Shown one piece after another: positions 19,326 through 28,159 of a stretch of DNA of 64,000 nucleotides. The first letter of the stretch is position 1. Each line of letters starts with the position of its first letter. The DNA is from Minisyncoccota bacterium. GTDB taxonomy: Bacteria; Patescibacteriota; Minisyncoccia; Phycocordibacterales; JBAYLF01. The stretch spans positions 7,349 through 71,348 of the forward strand of contig JBAYLF010000003.1 in assembly GCA_041664205.1 (NCBI GenBank), given 5' to 3'. Position numbers and translations under genes: made by a program. The notes beneath the pieces are model-generated. The model was not told the origin of the DNA and searched no databases. It was given only the letters and a program-made list of their open reading frames with translations.

Positions 19326-20078
19326 TTAAATTAAATACTCGCCTACTTTTGTCCTTTTAATATCTAAAGCTAAGGCATCTATATCAAGTTTCTTACCTAT
19401 TTCATTAGCTAAACTTCTTATATAAGTTCCGCTTGAACAAGCAACTTTTATTTTTGCTATTGAAAAAATTTTCTGTGAATTGGCGAAAAATTTATCCCAT
19501 TCGGCTAAAATTTCCTGTTGTCTAAAGTCGCCTTTTACTCTCAAAATTTTTTCGGCAATTTCTTTATGTAATTTTTCTTTAGATAGTTCAAAAAATTCAA
19601 GAATTTGTATGTCGTAAATTTCAACCTCTTTTTTTGGCATTTCGATCTCATCTAATTTATCTTCCCTCGCCCACTGCCAGAGTTGCTTACCGTTTACTGT
19701 TTTTGACGAATAAGATGGATACTCCTGAAAAAATTTTCCTTTGAAATTTTTTATTTCCGCCCTGACTTTTTCCTCCAAATTTTCAACTTTTGATTTTGAA
19801 CTTTTTATCTTTCCCAACACATCATGAGTGTCAGTAGAAACTCCAAACAATACTAGAGCCTCATACTCTTTGTCAAAATTCAGATACTTTTCTTTATCTT
19901 TATTATCTTCTCCAACCACAACCAAAAGAACGCCGGAGGCCAAAGGGTCTAGCCGACCAGCGTAACTCAGCTTTATATTTTGATATTCTAGATTTTCATC
20001 CTTAAATCTTTTAATTCTTTCCAAGGGTGTTTCCCCGCTCTCTTTGTATAGATTCAGGACTTTTGGTAATTTATTCAT
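19326..20078 (-). CDS. TruB-family pseudouridine synthase paralog with a divergent catalytic motif
   Basis: KLSYAGRLDPLASGVLLVVVGE...KEY...FGVSTDTHDVLG follows the TruB spacing, but the motif reads GRLDP instead of GTLDP. Confidence 0.55.
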   Translation of the reverse strand: MNKLPKVLNLYKESGETPLERIKRFKDENLEYQNIKLSYAGRLDPLASGVLLVVVGEDNKDKEKYLNFDKEYEALVLFGVSTDTHDVLGKIKSSKSKVENLEEKVRAEIKNFKGKFFQEYPSYSSKTVNGKQLWQWAREDKLDEIEMPKKEVEIYDIQILEFFELSKEKLHKEIAEKILRVKGDFRQQEILAEWDKFFANSQKIFSIAKIKVACSSGTYIRSLANEIGKKLDIDALALDIKRTKVGEYLI

Positions 20079-20099
20079 AGTTTGTTAATATATTAGGAT

Positions 20100-21407
20100 A
20101 TGACAGATAAAAAGCAAAAAATTGAAACTGAACCATATAAAGGCGTTAGAGATTTCTACCCTCAAGATATGGCGATAGAAAATTATATTTTTAATGTTTG
20201 GCGCAAAACTGCCGAAAGTTTTGGGTATGTAGAATACAATGCTTCAATCCTTGAACCAACAGAACTTTATAAATCCAAAACAAGTGAAGAAATAGTGAAT
20301 GAACAAACTTATTCTTTCGTTGACCGAGGAGATCGTGGAGTAACACTTCGTCCTGAAATGACCCCTACAGCAGCAAGAATGATTGCGGCAAAAAGACGAG
20401 AAACCGCTTTCCCTCTGCGATGGTATTCAATAGCAAATGTTTTCAGATACGAAAGACCTCAACATGGCCGTCTTCGCGAACATTTCCAACTTAATGCCGA
20501 CTTTTTTGGATTTGAAAAAGAACTCGCAGACGTAGAAATAATTTCACTTGCATATACAATAATGAAAAACTTCGGCGCAAGCGATGACGATTTTGAAATT
20601 CAAATAAACAGCAGAAAACTAACTAACGCAATCTTAGATAATTTCTACGAACTAGATGAAGAAAAATCAAAAGCAATTCGCCAACTTATTGATCGTAAAG
20701 AAAAAATAAACAATTTCGAAGAAGAAGCAGAGAAAATAGTAGGCCGTCCTTTTGAATTTCTGGGCGACGATTATAAGAGCGAGAAGTGGCAAGAGGCATT
20801 AAGCAATCCGATGATACGCGAAGCAAAAGAAGAATTGGATAAAACTATTGAAACCTTGAAGGATCGCGGAATTGCAAATGTAAAATATTCAGAAACCCTT
20901 ATGCGAGGTTTTGAATATTACACCGGCGTAGTTTTTGAAATTTTCGACACAAATCCTAAAAACAACCGCGCGCTTTTTGGTGGCGGACGCTTTGACGAAC
21001 TTATGGAAAATTTTGACGCAGAAAAAGTTGGAGCTGTAGGCTTTGGAATGGGTGATGTAACGATCAAAGACTTTTTGGAAATTCGAGGCTTAATTCCTGA
21101 CTACAAGCCAACGATCGATCTGTGCATTTGTCCTTTGAATAATGAACTGATTGAAAACTCAGAAAAATTGGGAAAAGTTTTTAGAGAAAATGATGTTCGA
21201 GTCATAGTAGATATAAGTGGTAAAAAAGTCTCAGAGCAATTAAAAACTGCAAATCGACAGAATATTCCATACGTTATTGTAGTTGGCGATACAGAAATTA
21301 ACGAGCAGAAATTTAAAGTTAAAGAAATGAAAACTGGAAAAGAAACTGAATTTGATTTTAAAGATGTAAAAAAAGCAGCCAATCTAATTTTATCAAATAC
21401 AAAATAA
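20100..21407 (+). CDS. hisS: histidine--tRNA ligase
   Basis: Class II motifs GVRDFYP, RGDRGVTLRPEMT and FRYERPQHGRLREF, plus a C-terminal anticodon-binding domain. Confidence 0.9.
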   Translation: MTDKKQKIETEPYKGVRDFYPQDMAIENYIFNVWRKTAESFGYVEYNASILEPTELYKSKTSEEIVNEQTYSFVDRGDRGVTLRPEMTPTAARMIAAKRRETAFPLRWYSIANVFRYERPQHGRLREHFQLNADFFGFEKELADVEIISLAYTIMKNFGASDDDFEIQINSRKLTNAILDNFYELDEEKSKAIRQLIDRKEKINNFEEEAEKIVGRPFEFLGDDYKSEKWQEALSNPMIREAKEELDKTIETLKDRGIANVKYSETLMRGFEYYTGVVFEIFDTNPKNNRALFGGGRFDELMENFDAEKVGAVGFGMGDVTIKDFLEIRGLIPDYKPTIDLCICPLNNELIENSEKLGKVFRENDVRVIVDISGKKVSEQLKTANRQNIPYVIVVGDTEINEQKFKVKEMKTGKETEFDFKDVKKAANLILSNTK

Positions 21408-21418
21408 TTTCCTGTTCA

Positions 21419-21994
21419 ATGAAAAAGATCGTATTTGATATTGAAACAAAAAATATTTTTCAAGAAGTTGGTAAAAATGACCCGCTACTTTTAGATATTT
21501 CTGTGGTATGTATTTACGACTATGAAACCGATCAATACATGTCATTCTTTGAAAGCGAATTGAAAAAGCTTTGGCCTATTCTAGAAAAAGCTAATGTTTT
21601 AATTGGATTTAATTCAGATTACTTTGATATCCCAATTCTCAATAAATATTACCCTGGCGATTTAACGCAAATAAAGAGTTTGGATATTATGAAAGAAATA
21701 AGAAATTCACTAGGGCGACGCATAGGTCTTGGAGCAATAGCCGAAGCAACAATAAATAAAGGCAAAAGTGGAAATGGCCTCGAAGCAGTAACTTGGTGGA
21801 AAAACGGCGAATACGACAAAGTGAAAAAATACTGCATCGATGACGTAAAGGTGACAAAAGAAGTCTATGAATATGCTCTTAAAAATAAAAAGTTAAAATA
21901 CAAAGACGGAGGAATTTTAAAAGATATTCCATTAGACACAACCGACTGGGAAAAAACTGAAGAAATAGCTATGACTCAATCACTTCCTTTTTAA
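21419..21994 (+). CDS. DEDDy-type 3'-5' exonuclease (RNase H-like fold)
   Basis: Exo I FDIET, Exo II GFNSDYFDIPIL, Exo III YCIDDVKVTKEVYEY. Confidence 0.55.
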   Translation: MKKIVFDIETKNIFQEVGKNDPLLLDISVVCIYDYETDQYMSFFESELKKLWPILEKANVLIGFNSDYFDIPILNKYYPGDLTQIKSLDIMKEIRNSLGRRIGLGAIAEATINKGKSGNGLEAVTWWKNGEYDKVKKYCIDDVKVTKEVYEYALKNKKLKYKDGGILKDIPLDTTDWEKTEEIAMTQSLPF

Positions 21995-22057
21995 AATAAG
22001 ACTGTGCTATAATTACTCAAACCAATTTATAAATTATTAAGTTAACAAAAATAAAAT

Positions 22058-22774
22058 ATGGAACAAAAACAAAGTTTCGCATTAAATGCTCCCGTAGCTA
22101 TACTTATCGCCGGTTTATTTATAGCAGGCGCTATCGTTTATTCAAACTCGCCTAATAAAAATATTCAGAATAATCCGAACGGCAATGATGCTGCACAAGT
22201 GGCAAAAGACATTACTGTTGAACCTGTAAGTGAAAAGGATCATATATTAGGTGATCCAAAAGCAAAGGTTGTGCTTGTTGTTTACACAGATTTTGAATGC
22301 CCTTTCTGCAAAATGTTCCACAACACGATACAACAAGTTTACGACAATTATAAATCAGGTGGAAAAGTTGCCATTGTTTACAGAGAGTTTCCACTAACAC
22401 AGCTTCACTCAAAAGCTGCTAAAGAAGCTGAAGCTTCAGAATGTGCAGCTGATCAGGGTGGCAACGATGCATACTGGAAATTTGTAAATAGATTATATGA
22501 AATAACACCTTCCAACAATGGTTTAGATTCAGCACAATTACCTAAGATTGCACAGAATATTGGTCTTAATGTTGATACCTTCAATGATTGTCTTTCAAGC
22601 GGTAAATTCACTCAGAAAGTTAAAGACTCTGTAACTGCTGCTGTGAAAGCTGGCGGACAAGGATCTCCTTACTCAGTTATTGTAGCTAATGGAAAAAATA
22701 CTCCATTCGATCAAGGAGCGGCACCATTTGAAACAATGAAGCAAGTCCTTGATGATGCAATAGCTGGTAAATAA
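22058..22774 (+). CDS. DsbA-family thiol:disulfide oxidoreductase
   Basis: N-terminal TM anchor, thioredoxin fold with CPFC active site, KVVLVVYTDFECPFCKMFH. Confidence 0.75.
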   Translation: MEQKQSFALNAPVAILIAGLFIAGAIVYSNSPNKNIQNNPNGNDAAQVAKDITVEPVSEKDHILGDPKAKVVLVVYTDFECPFCKMFHNTIQQVYDNYKSGGKVAIVYREFPLTQLHSKAAKEAEASECAADQGGNDAYWKFVNRLYEITPSNNGLDSAQLPKIAQNIGLNVDTFNDCLSSGKFTQKVKDSVTAAVKAGGQGSPYSVIVANGKNTPFDQGAAPFETMKQVLDDAIAGK

Positions 22775-22792
22775 AAATAAAGTTTCCAATTT

Positions 22793-22822
22793 AAAAATCC
22801 CGCAATTGTTGCGGGATTTTTT
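22793..22822. terminator. bidirectional rho-independent terminator
   Basis: AAAAATCCCGCAATTGTTGCGGGATTTTTT sits between the convergent dsbA-like gene and the 22839..23126 gene. Confidence 0.7.
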
Positions 22823-22838
22823 GTAAGAATAAAATCTA

Positions 22839-23126
22839 TTAAGGATCAAGAAACTGTCTATCATGCCTGTTATTTGGATCAAGATATCTATCTTCTCTAT
22901 GACAGTGTGTGGGGAATGCAGAGTCATGAAAAAATTCATTAAAGCTAGCTATCATTTCTTCTGTTTTGTGTCTATCAGCAATAGCGCAATCTTCACAAAA
23001 ATCACCACCTTGAGCAAACGGATATCCGCAAACTTTACAACTAAGTTCTCTAGCCCCTTCATTTTCTTTGTTGTTTTCAATTCCGTGTGGATATAAAAGA
23101 ATCGCAAATTTTTTATTTTGACTCAT
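22839..23126 (-). CDS. small CxxC..CxxC zinc-ribbon protein, paralog B (95 aa)
   Basis: KKFAILLYPHGIENNKENEGARELSCKVCGYPFAQGGDFCEDC is about 60% identical to the N-terminal half of 23608..23844. It has its own copy of the conserved leader. Confidence 0.55.
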   Translation of the reverse strand: MSQNKKFAILLYPHGIENNKENEGARELSCKVCGYPFAQGGDFCEDCAIADRHKTEEMIASFNEFFHDSAFPTHCHREDRYLDPNNRHDRQFLDP

Positions 23127-23195
23127 AATTTTCTTTCAGTTTTCTAAAACAAACAATACTCTTTTAAATTAATAAAATCAAACTTTTGCAAAAGA

Positions 23196-23229
23196 AAAGG
23201 CCTTGCAGTGTTTAAACCGCAAGGCCTTG
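23196..23229 (-). terminator. rho-independent terminator
   Basis: GGCCTTGC-agtgtttaaacc-GCAAGGCC followed by a T-rich run on the - strand, downstream of 23247..23573. Confidence 0.6.
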
Positions 23230-23246
23230 AGTTTGGTTGATTGTTT

Positions 23247-23573
23247 TCAGTTTCTGTTTTTGACTTCTTCTGGGATGAAGTCACCGATCGTCGCTAAAGG
23301 AATTTCTCCGGCATCGTGTTGACGAAATAGTTCTTCAAATAATTCATCGACACCAGCATCAAATTCAGCCTGTTCTTGTAAGCTTGGAACTTCCTCTTTG
23401 CCGAGGAAATCCTGACACTCCTGTTGAGTATCAGCAACAAAAACAGTAACTTGAGTTGTGTTACAGACAACTGCATAACCTCCACCACAACAAGGAACGA
23501 TCATACAAGCATCCTTATCCCAAAAAGGTTTAGCCCAATCAGGACAAACGAAACCGCGTTCTGAAGTTTTCAT
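23247..23573 (-). CDS. Cys-rich small protein with acidic C-terminal tail (108 aa)
   Basis: FVCPDWAKPFWDKDACMIVPCCGGGYAVVCN has 6 Cys in 31 aa, followed by a D/E-rich tail. Codon usage is GC-richer. It is co-oriented 34 nt downstream of paralog A and ends with TGA. Confidence 0.55.
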   Translation of the reverse strand: MKTSERGFVCPDWAKPFWDKDACMIVPCCGGGYAVVCNTTQVTVFVADTQQECQDFLGKEEVPSLQEQAEFDAGVDELFEELFRQHDAGEIPLATIGDFIPEEVKNRN

Positions 23574-23607
23574 AACTAATAAAAGTGTAGCACGAATTTA
23601 AAATAAG

Positions 23608-23844
23608 TCAAGGAAAAAGACCTTGTATAGGGAGCGTAACTCCGTAAATAAAAGCATCGGAATCGCCAATATTTTCTCTAATTTTTACCCCACTTAAGTT
23701 AATACAGCAATCGCAACGCTCTCCACCTTGTGCAAACGGATATCCGCAAACCTTACAGCAGATATCTCTGATTCTGTCATTTTCTTGTTTATTTTCAGTT
23801 CTGGATGGATATAAAAGAATAGCAAAATTTTTAGTTCGACTCAT
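23608..23844 (-). CDS. small CxxC..CxxC zinc-ribbon protein, paralog A (78 aa from the MSRTK start)
   Basis: MSRTKNFAILLYPSRTENKQENDRIRDICCKVCGYPFAQGGERCDCC. The start was chosen at the ATG preceded by the conserved leader; the ORF track extends to 23910. Confidence 0.55.
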   Translation of the reverse strand: MSRTKNFAILLYPSRTENKQENDRIRDICCKVCGYPFAQGGERCDCCINLSGVKIRENIGDSDAFIYGVTLPIQGLFP

Positions 23845-23917
23845 ATTTAATTTCAGTTTTCTAACAAAAACAATACTCTTAAAAATTAATAAGAGCAAAT
23901 GAATCAGCACTTTTATA

Positions 23918-26836
23918 TTAGATGATCAAGCTTTTTAATTTACAGAACTCACATTTTTCATCATCGCAAAATTCTGTAAGAATTCTGCCTGACCAAACGC
24001 TATCAATAAGAGATTGGATATTTTTTGCCAGATCTGCGAGATCTGATCTTTCTATAGGAAGAGTTATTGTGTGGCATCTTCCTTTCTCATCTGGAGATAT
24101 GAACACAAGCGATGGAGTTATTTCTTTACCTTTAAATCTGTGATCAGATTCTAGAAGCATTTTATAAAATACAAGTTGGCGAAAATAACCACCGTCGGAA
24201 TTTTGAGTTTGTCCCTTTATTTGATTTACACTCATTTTACCTCGCGTTTTATAATCAAAAACTAGAACTTCATTTCCTGTATCTACTATCGCATCGAGTT
24301 TTCCATGAATAGGAACAATAACTTTTTTATCTTCAAAATCTGCAGAAAATTCGCTCTCGCTCCAACTTTCAGTAAAAATTTTTCCTGAAAGAGTAAAATG
24401 TTCGTAAAGACTTTTTGCAACAATAGGTGCGTCCTCCATCAGTTCTTCTAAAACTCTTTCCTTATCAACTTTTCGTAGAAGAGAGTTACTCATATATTCA
24501 CGAACTGTTTCTTCTATTATCTCTTGAATACGTTCAACACTTCTTTTTTGTTCAATCCAAACATGATTAAAAGCTAAGTGCATCGCATTCCCCTTCTCTG
24601 CACTTGGAGCTGAAGGCTCCGGCAATCTAAGAATACTCTTGTATATAAATCTGCTTGGACAATCAAGAAAATGATTTAATGCGGTCACAGAAAGTCCTTT
24701 TTCGGTTAATATCCTTTTAGTATAATTTAATATTTTTTCATCCTGATTAAAATTTTTCTTAGTATTAATCTCTAAACTATTTTTAATTTTGGGCAAAAGA
24801 GTATGAGAAACAAAATCTTCATCGAGCTCAGAAACAAAACGAAGAGAAGAAAGCATTTTCCCGTCTGCGTCTTTCGATGGAACAATAAGCACGATGTGCG
24901 ATTTAGCACGAGTAAGCGCTACGTAAAAAAGTCTTCGATTATCACGAATTTCATCTCCTTCGCTTAAAAGTTTTTGTGTTGGAAGAACAAAAAATGAATT
25001 TCTGCCACGAGAGCTCCATGATTCTTCGGTAACATAAGGAAGAAAACAATAATCAAATTCTAATCCCTTACTGCCGTGCGCAGTCATTACTTTAATCTGA
25101 AGGTCTAAAGTGCCAACGCCTATTTTTATACTTTTTTCTTCTGAAGATATCTTATACGCAATAAGCTTTTCCATAAGTTCCATTGGGTCTCTAATATTTT
25201 TTTCTTTAGATATACCCTCCGCAAGTTCAAGAATAGCTCTCCAAACTTCAACAAACGCAGGATCTTTTATTATTATCTCCAAAAGACCGCTCTTTTCCAC
25301 AACACCAATAATAAAGCTTATAGGGTCATCATTTACAAGGTCAGACATCAATTCAGAAATAGCGGGGATTTTTGAGATAACTTCTTTTGAACTGCCTTTA
25401 TTCAGATCTTTAAGAATTTCTATTCTTGATTCAAAATCAATATTCCATAATCCTGAAGCTATACTTTTCGCCAAACAATAATCTTTTGATTGGTCATGAA
25501 GAAATTCTATAATAGAAAAGAAAATCAATCCTACTGGATGTGAAAAAATATCTATACTACGTTCTGAGGAAACAGGAATGCCAGCAGATTCGCAAATTCT
25601 AATTATCCTATCGACATCTCGATTTGTTTTTGTAATGATTGCAACAGTTTTGTTCGGCTCATTTTCTGTAATATTTTTCAATTGAGAAATCATATATTCT
25701 TCCCCAGTATAAATATCAGGTGCTTCTATTATATCTACAGGCCTAATTTCTTTATCACCCGAAGCCTTAAGTCTGACTCGGAGATGAGAATATTGTCCTG
25801 ATTCATAATTTTTCTCAATCATTTTAAAACTACTATCTAAAATAGCTTGGTGCGACCTGTAATTATTTTCAAGAAAAATAGTCTTGATGCCTGGCCAAAT
25901 CTTTTCAAAGTGCAAAAAGTTTTCTACTGATGCGCCTTGAAAACGATAAATTGCCTGCTTCTCATCACCGACTATAAAAACATTCGGGTTTTCAAAAAAA
26001 TCTGCCAAAAGCTTTATTATCATATTCTGCGAATCATTAGTATCTTGATGTTCATCTACCAAGATATAAAGAAATTTTTCCTGAAGAAGACGAAGTAAAA
26101 GCTCATCTTTACGAAGGACTAATAAAAGTTCAAAGATAAGATCATCAAAATCCATAAGCTTTTTTTCTTTTTTATCTTTTTCATATTGTTCATATATATC
26201 TGCAGCAAAAATAGTTTTCTCGCATTTCTCTATCTGTTTTTTTGCATCTGCTTTAAGTTCACCTTTGGAAGCACCTCGTGTAGAAATAAAAGACTCATCA
26301 TTTTTAATTCTCTCAATTTCTTCTTTAGCAAAATCTCTGACCATTTCTGGAGTTAAAGCTTCTTTTTTAGATTCGTGAATTAAATTTAAGATATGCTTCA
26401 AATAAAGATCTGGTTTACCCATTGGGCGTAATAAATTAAATTTTTCGCCACTTAAAATATTTCTTATTAAAACATCAGAATCAATTTCAGTCATCTGACG
26501 AAAACCATAGAGATGAACAAAATGATCATTGAATTCACTTATAACAGAACCTGCAAAACCGTGGAATGTGCAAATTTTTATTTCATCTGCACGGCTACCC
26601 ATAATTTCACGCAATTTTTGTTTTATTGTTTTAACCCCAGCTTCAGTAAATGTAATGGCCAAAATACCTGACGGCGGAGTATCAGTTTTTCGTAAAATAT
26701 TTGCGATCCTTAGAGTAAGTATTGTTGTCTTTCCTGTTCCTGGACCTGCCACAACCATCACTGGACCTTCGATAGAATCAACGGCTTCTTTCTGTTTTGT
26801 ATTGAGTTTTTTATAAAGCTTATCGAACGTTTCCAT
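23918..26836 (-). CDS. UvrD/PcrA-family helicase fused to a C-terminal PD-(D/E)xK (RecB/Cas4-like) nuclease with a Cys cluster
   Basis: N-terminus VMVVAGPGTGKTT (Walker A), DEHQDTN and VGDEKQAIYRFQGA helicase motifs. The C-terminus has DAIVD...VFDYKT...YFRQLVFYKM and a terminal CDDEKCEFCK. Confidence 0.8.
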   Translation of the reverse strand: METFDKLYKKLNTKQKEAVDSIEGPVMVVAGPGTGKTTILTLRIANILRKTDTPPSGILAITFTEAGVKTIKQKLREIMGSRADEIKICTFHGFAGSVISEFNDHFVHLYGFRQMTEIDSDVLIRNILSGEKFNLLRPMGKPDLYLKHILNLIHESKKEALTPEMVRDFAKEEIERIKNDESFISTRGASKGELKADAKKQIEKCEKTIFAADIYEQYEKDKKEKKLMDFDDLIFELLLVLRKDELLLRLLQEKFLYILVDEHQDTNDSQNMIIKLLADFFENPNVFIVGDEKQAIYRFQGASVENFLHFEKIWPGIKTIFLENNYRSHQAILDSSFKMIEKNYESGQYSHLRVRLKASGDKEIRPVDIIEAPDIYTGEEYMISQLKNITENEPNKTVAIITKTNRDVDRIIRICESAGIPVSSERSIDIFSHPVGLIFFSIIEFLHDQSKDYCLAKSIASGLWNIDFESRIEILKDLNKGSSKEVISKIPAISELMSDLVNDDPISFIIGVVEKSGLLEIIIKDPAFVEVWRAILELAEGISKEKNIRDPMELMEKLIAYKISSEEKSIKIGVGTLDLQIKVMTAHGSKGLEFDYCFLPYVTEESWSSRGRNSFFVLPTQKLLSEGDEIRDNRRLFYVALTRAKSHIVLIVPSKDADGKMLSSLRFVSELDEDFVSHTLLPKIKNSLEINTKKNFNQDEKILNYTKRILTEKGLSVTALNHFLDCPSRFIYKSILRLPEPSAPSAEKGNAMHLAFNHVWIEQKRSVERIQEIIEETVREYMSNSLLRKVDKERVLEELMEDAPIVAKSLYEHFTLSGKIFTESWSESEFSADFEDKKVIVPIHGKLDAIVDTGNEVLVFDYKTRGKMSVNQIKGQTQNSDGGYFRQLVFYKMLLESDHRFKGKEITPSLVFISPDEKGRCHTITLPIERSDLADLAKNIQSLIDSVWSGRILTEFCDDEKCEFCKLKSLII

Positions 26837-26911
26837 ATTATATTGGATTATAGCATTTTTAGGCTCAGTTCGTCAGAATACGAAAAACGCCCTTGCGGGC
26901 GCTTTTTGTTT

Positions 26912-28123
26912 CTAATGGTAATTCTTAAAACGATTAACTTTTTCGTGCTGGCGAATTTTTTCATGTGCCTTCGCTTCAATCTGTCGGATTCTTTCTCGAG
27001 TAACACCGAACTTTCTTCCAACCTCCTCCAATGTGTGCTGTATTCCATCAATAAGTCCGTGTCTTAATTCCAAAATTTTTCTTTCCTTTTCTGAAAGGTC
27101 GCCTAATATTTCTCTGACTTGGTCGCGCAAAATTCTACGTGACGCATCTTGATCAGGTGAAGAAATTTTTTCATCCGCAAGAAAATCTCCTAATGTAGAC
27201 TTTTCAGAATCATCATCGCTTATAGGAGTTTCTAGAGAAACTGTATTCTGATCAATCTTTTCAATGTTATATATCTTATCAACATCCAAACCCATTTCTG
27301 ATGCGATCTCTTCAGGTAAGGGATCTCGTCCTAGATCCTGACTCAATCTTCTGTATACTTGCTTGTATTTTGCAATAGTTTCAACCATGTGAACTGGGAC
27401 TCGAATCGTTCTTGATTGGTCTGCTAAAGCTCTTGTTATTGCCTGTCTTATCCACCAAGTAGCATATGTTGAGAATTTATAACCTTTTGTCCAATCGAAT
27501 TTTTCTACAGCTTTAAAAAGTCCAAGGTTTCCCTCTTGAATCAAATCGAGAAGTGTAAGATCAGGACTTCGTCCAACATATTTTTTAGCAATAGAAACCA
27601 CAAGTCGAAGGTTCGCTCGAGCTAAAAGATTTTTTGCTTCATGATCTCCTTGAGTAATTTTCTTCGCAAGATCTTTTTCCTGATTACCGTTAAGTAATGG
27701 GTATTGTCCGATCTCCTTTAAATACATTTGGATTGAATCATAAGAAGCATCAGAACGTCTTCCGTATGCGAACTTCTTCATATATTCATCTTCTACATCG
27801 GTTGCACCTAAAAGTCCTCCTCCTTCCAAAACATCAACTCCTGAAGTCTGAAATTTCTCATAAAGATGATCAAGAAATACTATATCGTCTTCAATATTTG
27901 GAAATTCTTTAAGAATTTCATCATGAGTGACGAAACCGCGCTCACGTCCTTTAGCAAGAAGTCTGGCAGCCCTTACTTCCCACTCTTTTTCTCTTTTTGA
28001 ACCGCTCATTTTAGGTTCAGGTTTATTTTTTGCCTTTTTTACCACAGGCTTTTCACTCACTTTTTTAGAAGTGGTTTTCTTTTTCTTTACTATTACTTTT
28101 TTTGTTTTATTTTTCTTTGCCAT
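26912..28123 (-). CDS. rpoD: RNA polymerase sigma-70 factor (primary)
   Basis: Region 2 [45 protein letters not shown], region 3 and region 4 are all present, preceded by a lysine-rich N-terminal extension. Confidence 0.9.
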   Translation of the reverse strand: MAKKNKTKKVIVKKKKTTSKKVSEKPVVKKAKNKPEPKMSGSKREKEWEVRAARLLAKGRERGFVTHDEILKEFPNIEDDIVFLDHLYEKFQTSGVDVLEGGGLLGATDVEDEYMKKFAYGRRSDASYDSIQMYLKEIGQYPLLNGNQEKDLAKKITQGDHEAKNLLARANLRLVVSIAKKYVGRSPDLTLLDLIQEGNLGLFKAVEKFDWTKGYKFSTYATWWIRQAITRALADQSRTIRVPVHMVETIAKYKQVYRRLSQDLGRDPLPEEIASEMGLDVDKIYNIEKIDQNTVSLETPISDDDSEKSTLGDFLADEKISSPDQDASRRILRDQVREILGDLSEKERKILELRHGLIDGIQHTLEEVGRKFGVTRERIRQIEAKAHEKIRQHEKVNRFKNYH

Positions 28124-28159
28124 ATTAAAATTAAATTTGACCTTAAATTTTATAAATTA

